A DNA stretch of 64,000 nt from an uncultured bacterium. Its GTDB lineage: Bacteria; Krumholzibacteriota; Krumholzibacteriia; LZORAL124-64-63. The position numbers and the translations under genes were made by a program. The DNA lies in assembly GCA_963727525.1 (NCBI GenBank), contig CAVSGO010000007.1:1216001-1280000 (forward strand), read 5' to 3'. Shown in pieces: positions 40,130 through 48,683 of this stretch (the first letter of the stretch is position 1; the number at the start of each line of letters is the position of its first letter). The notes beneath the pieces are model-generated. The model was given only the letters and a program-made list of their open reading frames with translations. It had not been told where the DNA came from and did no database searches.

Positions 40130-41467
40130 CTAGAATCGAACTGGCGCGGCCCAGTCGGTCTCGAGGCGTTCCTTGAGGGCGGGCACGGCTTCCCGCGCGG
40201 CGGCGTGACTGGGGAAGTTCCCCACGTAGACGCGATACCAGGTGCCCTTGTCCTTGACCGGCACGGCGCGGTAGGTGCCGATGACGTGCTTGCGCGCCAG
40301 CTCCCGCAGCTCGCGCTCGGCGAGATCCTCGGTGGCCAGCGAGTAGACCCACACCGCCCAGCCGTCGCGCCCCACGGGCGTGGTATAGAGGGAGTCGTCG
40401 GCAGCCACCGGTAGCGCCGTGGTGTCGACCACGGCGGGAGCCGTCTCGGCGAGCGTGACCACGGTTTCGGGCGTGGACTGGGCGACCGTCTCTGGCGGCG
40501 CGCTCACCAGCGTGGTCGACGACGACGCGCTGGCGCGCGGCAGCTCGCGCACCGCCGGCGACACCGCCACGGGTTCGGCGACGTGCCGCGAGTCGAGGTA
40601 GAAGTAGCCCAGCAGAAGCAGGCACACCACGGCGGCGATCGCCACGAACCAGAAGATGCCCGACGAGCGGCGCGACGGCTCGGCGTCGGCGGCGGTGTCG
40701 TCGATCGAGAAGCTCGGAATCGGGGGCGCGGTGGCCTCGCTCACCGTGATCTTGACCTCGTCCGGTTCCAGACGCTCGACGGCCGCGTACTCCTCCACGC
40801 CGAACCCCACGAGTCCACAGGGCGCGATGCCGGCGGCGTGCAGCTCGTCGATGAGCCGCTGCGTGGCCTCGTCATCTCGCGTGAGGCGATCCCAGCCGAG
40901 CAGGCAGAGGTCGGCGCCGTCGCACCACGGCCGCGCGGCCGCGGTGGCTCGCGCCACGATCACGAGGTCGTCGCCCTGACGCCGCAGGCGCCCGACGAGT
41001 TCGGTGATCTCGTCGGGCGTGGCACCCGTGGGTGTGAAGGAGCCCACGCCGACCGCGGCACCGCGACGGCCCGCCGACGGCAGAACGTCGCTGGCCATGT
41101 GCAGCGACGCGCCGTAGCGGACCATGTCGATCCAACCTTCCTGCTCGGCGCGCCCTATCCAGCGCGTGAGTTGCGGATCGCGATCGTCCCCGTCGACGAG
41201 TACCACGGCTTGCCCGCGATCGGCCAGCATGCGAGCCACGACGAGAGCGGCGGCCGCCGCCGTGGGTCCCTGATCCGGAGCGTCGAGGAAGACCCACGTC
41301 CGCGGCGACGTACGGCCGCCGAGCATGGCATCGAGGTCCGCGTCCAGCACCGAGTGCTGGACCATATGGGCCACCTCGTCCCAGAATCCGCCGCCACCGT
41401 GCAGATCGAGCTCCGGCAGGTTGAGACCGGTGGAGTACAACGGCAGGTCACCAGGCAACGACGCCAT
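40130..41467 (-). CDS. Bitopic protein: degenerate BY-kinase/MinD-like domain, TM, linker, SPOR domain
   Basis: LADRGQAVVLVDGDDRDPQL; TM IFWFVAIAAVVCLLLLGYFYL; C-terminal WAVWVYSL...WYRVYVGNFPSHAAA. Confidence 0.72.
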   Translation of the reverse strand: MASLPGDLPLYSTGLNLPELDLHGGGGFWDEVAHMVQHSVLDADLDAMLGGRTSPRTWVFLDAPDQGPTAAAAALVVARMLADRGQAVVLVDGDDRDPQLTRWIGRAEQEGWIDMVRYGASLHMASDVLPSAGRRGAAVGVGSFTPTGATPDEITELVGRLRRQGDDLVIVARATAAARPWCDGADLCLLGWDRLTRDDEATQRLIDELHAAGIAPCGLVGFGVEEYAAVERLEPDEVKITVSEATAPPIPSFSIDDTAADAEPSRRSSGIFWFVAIAAVVCLLLLGYFYLDSRHVAEPVAVSPAVRELPRASASSSTTLVSAPPETVAQSTPETVVTLAETAPAVVDTTALPVAADDSLYTTPVGRDGWAVWVYSLATEDLAERELRELARKHVIGTYRAVPVKDKGTWYRVYVGNFPSHAAAREAVPALKERLETDWAAPVRF

Positions 41468-41471
41468 TTCA

Positions 41472-42878
41472 TCAGTCCTTTCCGCACGCCCAGGCGGCGC
41501 GAAACGCCATGATCACGAGGTCCATCTCATCCGGTGCGATCGTGCGCAGATCGACGCCCAGGCCTTGCTGGGAAATCCGACAGACCAGTGCGGGATCGCC
41601 GGTGCGTAGCGCCGCATGAGCCGCCTCGAGGTCGGCCTTCGGCCCCTCCCAGAGCAGTAGGCGCGTGGGAACTTCCGCATCGCTGAACGAACCGCCGCCC
41701 ACGCTCGCCACGTCGGCCGCGACGCGCGCCTGCCAGCCCGACGGAGCGTGCGGCTGCAACGCGTCGGCAAGTCCCTGCGCGGCCGCGGCCAGTTCCTCCT
41801 CGCCACGCCCCAGAGCGGCCAGCGTCGGGAGCGCCGGCGTCGCCTCGGCTTCGAGGTACAGCGTCAGCACCGCGTCGAGTGCCGCCAGCGTGGTCTTGTC
41901 GACGCGCAACGCCCGCCGCAGCGGGTGTTGCCGCAACCCGGCGATGAGGGCCGCGCTGCCCAGGATCAGCCCGGCCTGGCAACCGCCCAGCAGCTTGTCG
42001 CCGCTGCAGGTCACGAGGTCGGCACCGGTCGCCACGTCGTCGGTCAGCGTCGGTTCGTCGGGCAACCCGAAGCGCGCGAAATCGACGAGCGCGCCACTGC
42101 CCGCATCGTAGATGAGCCGAGCCTCGCGTCGCCGGCACAGGGCCGCCAGCTCGGCCAGCGGCACCTCCTCGGTGAAGCCCGTCACCGCGAAGTTGCTGCG
42201 GTGCACCTTGAGCACGACGGCGCCGGGCGTGAGCGCCTTCTCGTAGTCCGCGAGACCCGTGCGGTTGGTCGTGCCCACCTCCACGAGGCGACAGCCCGTC
42301 TCGGCGAGGATCTCGTGCATGCGGAAGCTGCCGCCGATGGCGACCACCTCGCCGCGCGAGAGCACGAGCGGCCCACCCTGGGTGAGGTAGCGGGTGGCCA
42401 GCCACACCGCCGCGGCGTTGTTGTTGAGGACGAGCGCATCCCCGGCTCCGGCCAGGAGCGCCGCCTTCTCCTCCACCTTGCGCCCGCGATGGCCGCGCGC
42501 GTTCGTCGCCAGGACGAACTCGAGGTCGCATCCGTGGCGCGCCGCCTGCGCCATCATCGCGACGGCCTGGTCGGGGTACGGCGAGCGGCCCAGGTTGGTG
42601 TGCACGACCACGCCCGTACCGTTGATCACACGCCGCAGCGCTGGCTGCAGCAGGCGCGCATGCTCGCCGCGCACCCGCGCCACCGCCTCGCGCACCAGGC
42701 CGTCGCGATCGCTCACGGCGAGGTCGCCGCGCACCAGTTCCCGGCGCAGACGGTCGACCACGCGCTGGACGACGCGCGTCATCCAGGTGCGGCGTTGCCC
42801 CGCCGCCAGGGGCGCCACGTCGGGATGCTCGAGCAGGGCTCCCACGGGAGGCAGCTCGCGCAGCAAGGGTTGGGACAT
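41472..42878 (-). CDS. selA: L-seryl-tRNA(Sec) selenium transferase
   Basis: VINGTGVVVHTNLGR, NNNAAA, SRGEVVAIGGSFR, EVGTTNRT, KVHRSNF, SGDKLLGG, RALRVDK. Confidence 0.93.
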   Translation of the reverse strand: MSQPLLRELPPVGALLEHPDVAPLAAGQRRTWMTRVVQRVVDRLRRELVRGDLAVSDRDGLVREAVARVRGEHARLLQPALRRVINGTGVVVHTNLGRSPYPDQAVAMMAQAARHGCDLEFVLATNARGHRGRKVEEKAALLAGAGDALVLNNNAAAVWLATRYLTQGGPLVLSRGEVVAIGGSFRMHEILAETGCRLVEVGTTNRTGLADYEKALTPGAVVLKVHRSNFAVTGFTEEVPLAELAALCRRREARLIYDAGSGALVDFARFGLPDEPTLTDDVATGADLVTCSGDKLLGGCQAGLILGSAALIAGLRQHPLRRALRVDKTTLAALDAVLTLYLEAEATPALPTLAALGRGEEELAAAAQGLADALQPHAPSGWQARVAADVASVGGGSFSDAEVPTRLLLWEGPKADLEAAHAALRTGDPALVCRISQQGLGVDLRTIAPDEMDLVIMAFRAAWACGKD

Positions 42879-42918
42879 CGAGTTGACCTCGTCCGGCGTG
42901 AGTGGATCGTGGCCGCAA

Positions 42919-42947
42919 AAGGTACCAGACACTCCCCCGGTTGTCCA
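42919..42947 (-). promoter_or_regulatory. Putative selA-smc operon promoter
   Basis: TGGACA-N17-TACCTT with extended -10 TG. Confidence 0.5.
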
Positions 42948-42963
42948 GGCGACCGCATGGGTG

Positions 42964-42993
42964 TTGCCAGACCCCGGCAACCCTTGGTAGGTT
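42964..42993 (+). promoter_or_regulatory. Putative divergent amidase promoter
   Basis: TTGCCA-N18-TAGGTT with extended -10 TG; GGAGG SD before TTG 43019. Confidence 0.4.
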
Positions 42994-43018
42994 GCACGAA
43001 GCCACGGAGGTCATACAC

Positions 43019-45202
43019 TTGAAGATACGTCGCTTACGACTCCTGCTGCCGTCTGCGCTGGCCGGCACGGTCGCCATCCTCGCCTGCGGGGGGCCTCCCC
43101 GGCCCGCCGTCACGCCCGTCCCCGGCTTCGACCGCCTGGCTCTGGCCGTCGGCGACCGCGATTTCACCCCCCTCGCTGGCCGTCGCATCCTGCTGGATCC
43201 CGGCCACGGCGGCAAGTACCGCGGCGCCATCGGACCGTCCGGACTCGCCGAGGCCGACGTCAACCTGGGCGTGGCTCTCTACCTGCGCGGTCTGCTCGAG
43301 TGGGCGGGTGCCACCGTCTTCATGACCCGTACCGCCGATCATGACCTGCTCACCTCCGCCGACAGCACCCTCGCGTCGGACCTCCAGGCCCGCGTCACCA
43401 TGGCCGATTCCCTGCGACCCGATGTGTTCCTGTCGATCCACCACAACAGCACAGCCTCGCGCGATCCCCGGGTGAACGAGACGCAGACCTACTACCCCAC
43501 CGGTCGCGAGGGCGCCGACCTCGACCTCGCCCGCTGCATCCACGAGCACCTCGTGGAAGCGCTCGACATCGCGCCCGCGCGCATCATGGCCGGGAACTTC
43601 CACGTGCTGCGCGAGGCGCCGGTACCCGCGGTGCTGGGCGAACCGGCCATGATCAGCAATCCGGTGATCGAGGGCCGCCTCACCCTCGCGGCGAGCCAGG
43701 ATCTGGAGGCCAAGGCGTACTTCCTCGGACTCCTCGAGTACTTCGCCGGCGGCGCCCCGCATCTGTTCGCCGATCAGCCCGACACCGCCGCGGCCGGCCC
43801 CCTGCGCTGGCGCTTCGCAGCGGGGCGCGAAGGCGACCCGGCCCTCGATCCGGCCAGCCTCACGCTGTTGCTCGACGGCGCACGCACCGACCCCACACTG
43901 GGCGCCGACGCCGTCGCGATCACCTGGTCGCCGCCGCCCGATCTGGCGCCGGGCGACCACGTGGTGACGTTGAGGGCCCGCAATCTGCGCGGACGCGCCG
44001 CCCCCGACGCGGTGACGATCCTGGCCTGGCGTCCACGGCACCTGGAGATCGCGTCCGCCTTCGCCCCGGCCACCGGCCAGACGCTGGTGCGCATCGCCGG
44101 CCTCGACCTGCCGCAGTCGCGCGCGCTGGTGACGTATCAGTGGCATCCCTGGCCAGCGACGACGTCGCGCGACACGCTACCCTCGCCATGGCGCTGGCAG
44201 CCTCTGCGGGCACCGACGACGGCGTGGCCCGCGGACTTCGTCCCGGGCGGCCAATGGCGCGCCCGCCTCGATTCGGCGCTCATCACCCTCGACCCGACGC
44301 TGGTGCGCACCGATGCGCCCGCCGTGCCCGTGCTGCCGGGCGCATCGTTGTGGTTGGAAGCGGACGGTGCTCTGCCACTGGTCGCCGCGTCGCCGGACAC
44401 CGCGACCCTCGCCTGGGAACCCCTGCTCCCCGCCTGCCTGGGCAAGCACGTGGTGATCGACCCCCGTGGTGGCGGCGGCGACGAGCAGGGCCGCGGCAAG
44501 CTCGGCACCCGCGGCAGCGACGTGAACCTCGCCGTGGCCCAGCGCCTCGCCGCCTTGCTGCGCGGCGTCGGCTGCACGGTGACGCTCGCCCGGAGCGCGG
44601 AGACCTGGTGGCCCGACGAGGTGAAGGTGCAGCGCGCGAACGATGCCCATGCCGACCTCTACCTCGCCCTCGCCCGCGGCGACACCCTCGCCGCCATCCA
44701 CCATCCCGGCAGCGGGGCCGGGCGCGCGCTGGCCGCACGCGTCGCCCAGCTCACCGGCGCACAGGTGCGCGAGGGCTGGGACTACGTGCTGCGGCACACG
44801 GCCTGTCCGGCGCTCATCATCGATCTGGAACCGGTGACCGGCGACGAGAAGCGACTCACCGATCCGGCCCTTCAGAACGCGCGCGCCCGCAGTATGCTGC
44901 TGGCCATCGCGGCCGCCTGGGACGGCGACGGCGTGCTCACATCGGCCGTCTCGCTCCCGGCCCTCCTCGCCGCCATGGGCATCGATACCGCCACCGTCGA
45001 CTGGGTCCGCTGGGACGGCAACCTCGACTGGATCCCGCCGTCCCGTGGCCTCCAGGAGACCGACGCCGTATCGTTAACGCTACCGGCGCGCGGGCCGCGG
45101 CACATGCTCGAGGTCCACCAGGGAGCGCGGTGGCGACTCTTCACGCTCGTGCGCACCGATGCCGGCGCCTGGCAGCCCAGGCTCGTGTTCCACGGTCCGT
45201 AG
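43019..45202 (+). CDS. N-acetylmuramoyl-L-alanine amidase lipoprotein with two Amidase_3-like domains
   Basis: Lipobox-like ILAC; DPGHGG, EADVNL, SIHHNS, GEPAMISN; second copy DPRGGG, SDVNL. Confidence 0.85.
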   Translation: MKIRRLRLLLPSALAGTVAILACGGPPRPAVTPVPGFDRLALAVGDRDFTPLAGRRILLDPGHGGKYRGAIGPSGLAEADVNLGVALYLRGLLEWAGATVFMTRTADHDLLTSADSTLASDLQARVTMADSLRPDVFLSIHHNSTASRDPRVNETQTYYPTGREGADLDLARCIHEHLVEALDIAPARIMAGNFHVLREAPVPAVLGEPAMISNPVIEGRLTLAASQDLEAKAYFLGLLEYFAGGAPHLFADQPDTAAAGPLRWRFAAGREGDPALDPASLTLLLDGARTDPTLGADAVAITWSPPPDLAPGDHVVTLRARNLRGRAAPDAVTILAWRPRHLEIASAFAPATGQTLVRIAGLDLPQSRALVTYQWHPWPATTSRDTLPSPWRWQPLRAPTTAWPADFVPGGQWRARLDSALITLDPTLVRTDAPAVPVLPGASLWLEADGALPLVAASPDTATLAWEPLLPACLGKHVVIDPRGGGGDEQGRGKLGTRGSDVNLAVAQRLAALLRGVGCTVTLARSAETWWPDEVKVQRANDAHADLYLALARGDTLAAIHHPGSGAGRALAARVAQLTGAQVREGWDYVLRHTACPALIIDLEPVTGDEKRLTDPALQNARARSMLLAIAAAWDGDGVLTSAVSLPALLAAMGIDTATVDWVRWDGNLDWIPPSRGLQETDAVSLTLPARGPRHMLEVHQGARWRLFTLVRTDAGAWQPRLVFHGP

Positions 45203-45210
45203 GAGAAGCC

Positions 45211-45969
45211 TTGTCGACCATGCGTCCCGCCGCGAAGTCGCCGCACACCTTGATCTCTCCGACCAGCATCGCTGATCGGGCGCGCAGCGGCCGCCGTCTC
45301 GGTTGGGCGTTGCTCGGCGCCGTCGCCCTGCTCCTGATCCTGGTGTGGCTGGGACCGAGCGGGCGCGAGATCGACAAGCGATTCACGCCCTACGGCGCCG
45401 AAGGCCCCCTGAATATCATGCCCGAGATCTCCATCGACGATGGCCGCGACGCCGCGCACCAACTCCCTCGCCTCTCCCCCAACCGACCCGCGCCGAGCTA
45501 CGAGATCGAACCGGACACGCAGGATCCCCTGGCCGAGAAGTCCCGCCCCAAGCCCAGGGTCGAAACCCCGATCCAGGCGACGTCGACCGAGACGGAACCC
45601 GAGGTCAACCCCGACGAGGCGGTGGTCGTCGATGGCGCCGGCTCGGTGGAACTGCTCCTGCCGCGCCAGACGGCCGATCAGAGCTTCATCATCAAGAAGA
45701 TGGTGCGGCCGCTGTATCCGGTGGACGCCACGGAGGACGAGCGCCGTACGCCCATCATCACGGTGACAGCGGCCATCTTCCTGAACGCCGACGGCACGAT
45801 CGGCGCTGTCATGATCACGCACTCCGACGGCAGCGACACCTTTGACGCCGTCGTGCGGGAAGCTCTGACGCACTGGGTCTTCGAACCCGTGATGAAGAAC
45901 GGCCAGCCCCCGCAGCCGCGCTGGCTCGAGATGAGCTGGCGTTTCCGTAGCCCCTACCATACCGGCTAG
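45211..45969 (+). CDS. TonB/energy-transducer family protein
   Basis: One TM, Pro/Glu-rich linker, PLYP...LNADGTI...FDAVVREALTHWVFEP..KNGQP; start 45211 (TTG) or 45220. Confidence 0.75.
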   Translation: MSTMRPAAKSPHTLISPTSIADRARSGRRLGWALLGAVALLLILVWLGPSGREIDKRFTPYGAEGPLNIMPEISIDDGRDAAHQLPRLSPNRPAPSYEIEPDTQDPLAEKSRPKPRVETPIQATSTETEPEVNPDEAVVVDGAGSVELLLPRQTADQSFIIKKMVRPLYPVDATEDERRTPIITVTAAIFLNADGTIGAVMITHSDGSDTFDAVVREALTHWVFEPVMKNGQPPQPRWLEMSWRFRSPYHTG

Positions 45970-47780
45970 TGCAGGATCTCGGTGTCGCTTTCCTCTGGCG
46001 GCTCCGGCTCGACGACGAGCGTGTCCGGTGCAGCGAACGGTGCCATGGCGAGGCTATCGGAGGTGGCATCGAAGAGAAACTCCGGGAACGGCACCCAGTG
46101 GCCGTTGCGCGCGAGGCGCACGGTGGCGGCCAGGCTCCCGCTGTCCTCGGCGGCCACCTCGGCGCCGGGCATGCGATCACGCAGGGCGGCCAGCAGCAGA
46201 TCGCGTCGGCGCAGGCCGGTGGTGTCGATCGTGTCCAGCACGAGCCTGGTGGCCAGGTAGGCCCGCTGCGCCAGCGGCGTGGCATCTTCCGGGTAGTTCG
46301 CAGGATTCCAGCGCGCGCGGAAATCGGCCGACCAGGTCTCGGGGTAGATGATCTCGTCGGCGGCGCATAGCGCGTCCTCCATCACGGTGCCGGCGCCGCG
46401 CAACAGCTTGGGCGCCATCCACGTGCTCGGTCCCATGAGCAGCGCGCCGACATGGTAGAAGTCGATCTGCGGTCCGAGCAACAGCATCTGATCCACCGTG
46501 GCGGGCACATAGAGCACCTCGGGGTGCGCGGCGCGAATCTCGCGCAACGCGCTGTGGAAATCCGTGGCCGCAGGATCGATGGTCCGCGAGACGACCAACG
46601 CACCGCCAAGCTCCGCGACCGCGGTCTGGAACGCGTCGGCCAGAGCCTCGCCCTCCGGCGACTGCGGGTAGAGCACGGCGAAGCGCTGTTTCATGAGCAC
46701 ACGCACAGCCAGACTCGCCAGCAGCCGCGCCTCGAGCGGTCCGGTGAGGTTGGTCTGCAGGATGTGCGGACCGAGCCTGCCCAGGCGATTGTTCGTGGCC
46801 GTGGGCGACACTTGCGGCAAACCGCAATACCCCGTGACGACCGCAGCACTGGCCGTGGTGGCGGAGAGCAGGCCGCCCACCACAGCCACGCAGGCGGGAT
46901 CGTCGCAGAGCTTGCGGGCCGCGAGCGCGCCGAGCACCGGGTCACCCCCGGTATCCTCCACGCGCAAGGTGATCGCCTGCTGGCTGTCCGGATCCACCGC
47001 CGCCAGCGCGAGGCGCGCGCCCTCGTAGAATGCGTTGCCGAGCGACGCATAGCGGTCGGTCAGCGGGCAGATCACACCCACCTTCACCGCCACGCGGCCA
47101 CCGACGGCGCCAGTGAGCTGCTGCTGGACCGCCTGCAGCGCCGGACCGGTGACGCCCGTCTGCATGAGATCACCGACCACGGCCTCGGCGCCGGCGCGGT
47201 CGCCGCCCTCCAGACGCACCACCACCACCCGCTGGGCGGCCAGCGACCAGAGGTCGAGGCCACGGGTGTGCTGGTAGAGCTGTTCCGCCGCGGCGGCGTT
47301 CAGGCGCGCGATGTCGCGCGTCACACTGTCGGCGAGAGCGGTACCACCCTCCAGCGCATGCCGCCGCATATCCATCTCGACGGCGGCCGCCGGCATCCCC
47401 GCGGCACGCGCCGCGGCCGCCGCGTCCGCGAACACGCCCGGGAGTTGCGGGCTGGCCGGCGCCACGGCGGCGAGATCGCGCGCCAGGCTCACGGCCGTGG
47501 TGCCGTCGCCGAGCCGGCGGGCTGAGCCGACCATGAGCGCCACGGCCTCGTCGCGACGCGCATAATCGGGCGCAGCCGCCAGGAGACGTCGTCCGTAGCC
47601 GAGGGCCTGGCGATCGCGCGCGAGCGCATGCTCGCGCGCGAGCTGGGCGAAGAGGCGGTCTGCGGCCTCGGGCTGGGAACCGGGCGGCGCGGCCGGTCGC
47701 GACCCGCCACAACCCACCACGACCAGCACGCACACGGCGAGGCTCAACGCCCCGGCTACTGAAGCGATGGATCGGCTCAT
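45966..47780 (-). CDS. LpoA-like lipoprotein (TPR-like N-terminus plus type-1 periplasmic binding fold)
   Basis: Lipobox VVGC; helical repeats; KVGVICPLTDRYASLG...GARLA, VVGGLLS. Confidence 0.7.
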   Translation of the reverse strand: MSRSIASVAGALSLAVCVLVVVGCGGSRPAAPPGSQPEAADRLFAQLAREHALARDRQALGYGRRLLAAAPDYARRDEAVALMVGSARRLGDGTTAVSLARDLAAVAPASPQLPGVFADAAAAARAAGMPAAAVEMDMRRHALEGGTALADSVTRDIARLNAAAAEQLYQHTRGLDLWSLAAQRVVVVRLEGGDRAGAEAVVGDLMQTGVTGPALQAVQQQLTGAVGGRVAVKVGVICPLTDRYASLGNAFYEGARLALAAVDPDSQQAITLRVEDTGGDPVLGALAARKLCDDPACVAVVGGLLSATTASAAVVTGYCGLPQVSPTATNNRLGRLGPHILQTNLTGPLEARLLASLAVRVLMKQRFAVLYPQSPEGEALADAFQTAVAELGGALVVSRTIDPAATDFHSALREIRAAHPEVLYVPATVDQMLLLGPQIDFYHVGALLMGPSTWMAPKLLRGAGTVMEDALCAADEIIYPETWSADFRARWNPANYPEDATPLAQRAYLATRLVLDTIDTTGLRRRDLLLAALRDRMPGAEVAAEDSGSLAATVRLARNGHWVPFPEFLFDATSDSLAMAPFAAPDTLVVEPEPPEESDTEILH

Positions 47781-48226
47781 TCGCCCTCGTCCTCCTCGGA
47801 TGCGTCCGACTGCAGCGCGTCCAGGGGCAGCAGGCTGTCTTGCACCGCATCGAGCACCTTCGGCGCCAGGAAGATCGGCGCCCCCGTCCGCAGGGCGCAG
47901 GCGATGCAGTCGCTCGGACGCGCGTCGATGCCGACGACGTCGTGGTCGCGGGCCAGGTACAGCTTGGCGAAGTAGGTGCCGTCGCGCTGGTCGTTGATGA
48001 CGATCCTGTCGAGCCGGCCGCCCAAGCCGTCGACGACCATGCACATCAGGTCGTGGGTGAGCGGACGCTGGAACTTCTCTCCGCGCAAGGCAAGGGCGAT
48101 GCTCGCGGCCTCGGACGGACCGATCCAGATGGGCAGAAACTTCTGCACCGTCGGCACGAGCAGCAGCACCACGGGGCTTTGCGTGCGCTCGTCGAGCGAC
48201 ATGCCGGCCACGCGCACGCGAATCAT
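47777..48226 (-). CDS. Bifunctional nuclease family protein (DUF151)
   Basis: LPIWIG, RPLTHDL, IDARPSD. Confidence 0.92.
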   Translation of the reverse strand: MIRVRVAGMSLDERTQSPVVLLLVPTVQKFLPIWIGPSEAASIALALRGEKFQRPLTHDLMCMVVDGLGGRLDRIVINDQRDGTYFAKLYLARDHDVVGIDARPSDCIACALRTGAPIFLAPKVLDAVQDSLLPLDALQSDASEEDEGE

Positions 48227-48230
48227 GTCC

Positions 48231-48626
48231 CTACTCCACCGTGAAGGACATGGTCTTCAGCACGTTGCCGGCGGCGTCGAGGACCTGCACTTCCCAATTG
48301 CCGGTCCAGGCCGGCAGCAGCGTCTTCGACGACACGGTACGCCAATCGCTCGATGCCACCGCGAGCGTGACCTTGGCCATGGTCTTGCCCTCGTGATACC
48401 AGGCGTGGGTGATCTCGGTCGGCGTCGTCGCACCGGTGAGGCGCGTGGCGCAGAAGATATGCTCGGTGCCGGCCGGGAAGGTCGTGGCCTCGCCCACGAC
48501 TTGCCGCTGGGCGTAGTCGTATCCGGTGCCGAACGCCATGTCGGCCACCGCGAGCGTGGTTTCGGTCTGGGCCAGAGCACACGAGGCACCGATCAAGAGA
48601 CAGGCGACGGCAAGAACCTTGACCAT
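48231..48626 (-). CDS. DUF2914-like secreted beta protein
   Basis: Signal peptide; ITHAWYHEG, WRTVSSKT, GNWEVQVLD. Confidence 0.75.
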   Translation of the reverse strand: MVKVLAVACLLIGASCALAQTETTLAVADMAFGTGYDYAQRQVVGEATTFPAGTEHIFCATRLTGATTPTEITHAWYHEGKTMAKVTLAVASSDWRTVSSKTLLPAWTGNWEVQVLDAAGNVLKTMSFTVE

Positions 48627-48655
48627 GGCTTCACTCCCGGTTCGGGTACCCCGGC

Positions 48656-48683
48656 AGTCTAACAAACGGCAGCCAGGTGTCAA
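48656..48683 (-). promoter_or_regulatory. Putative promoter for DUF2914-DUF151-LpoA-like
   Basis: TTGACA-N16-TAGACT with extended -10 TG. Confidence 0.5.
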
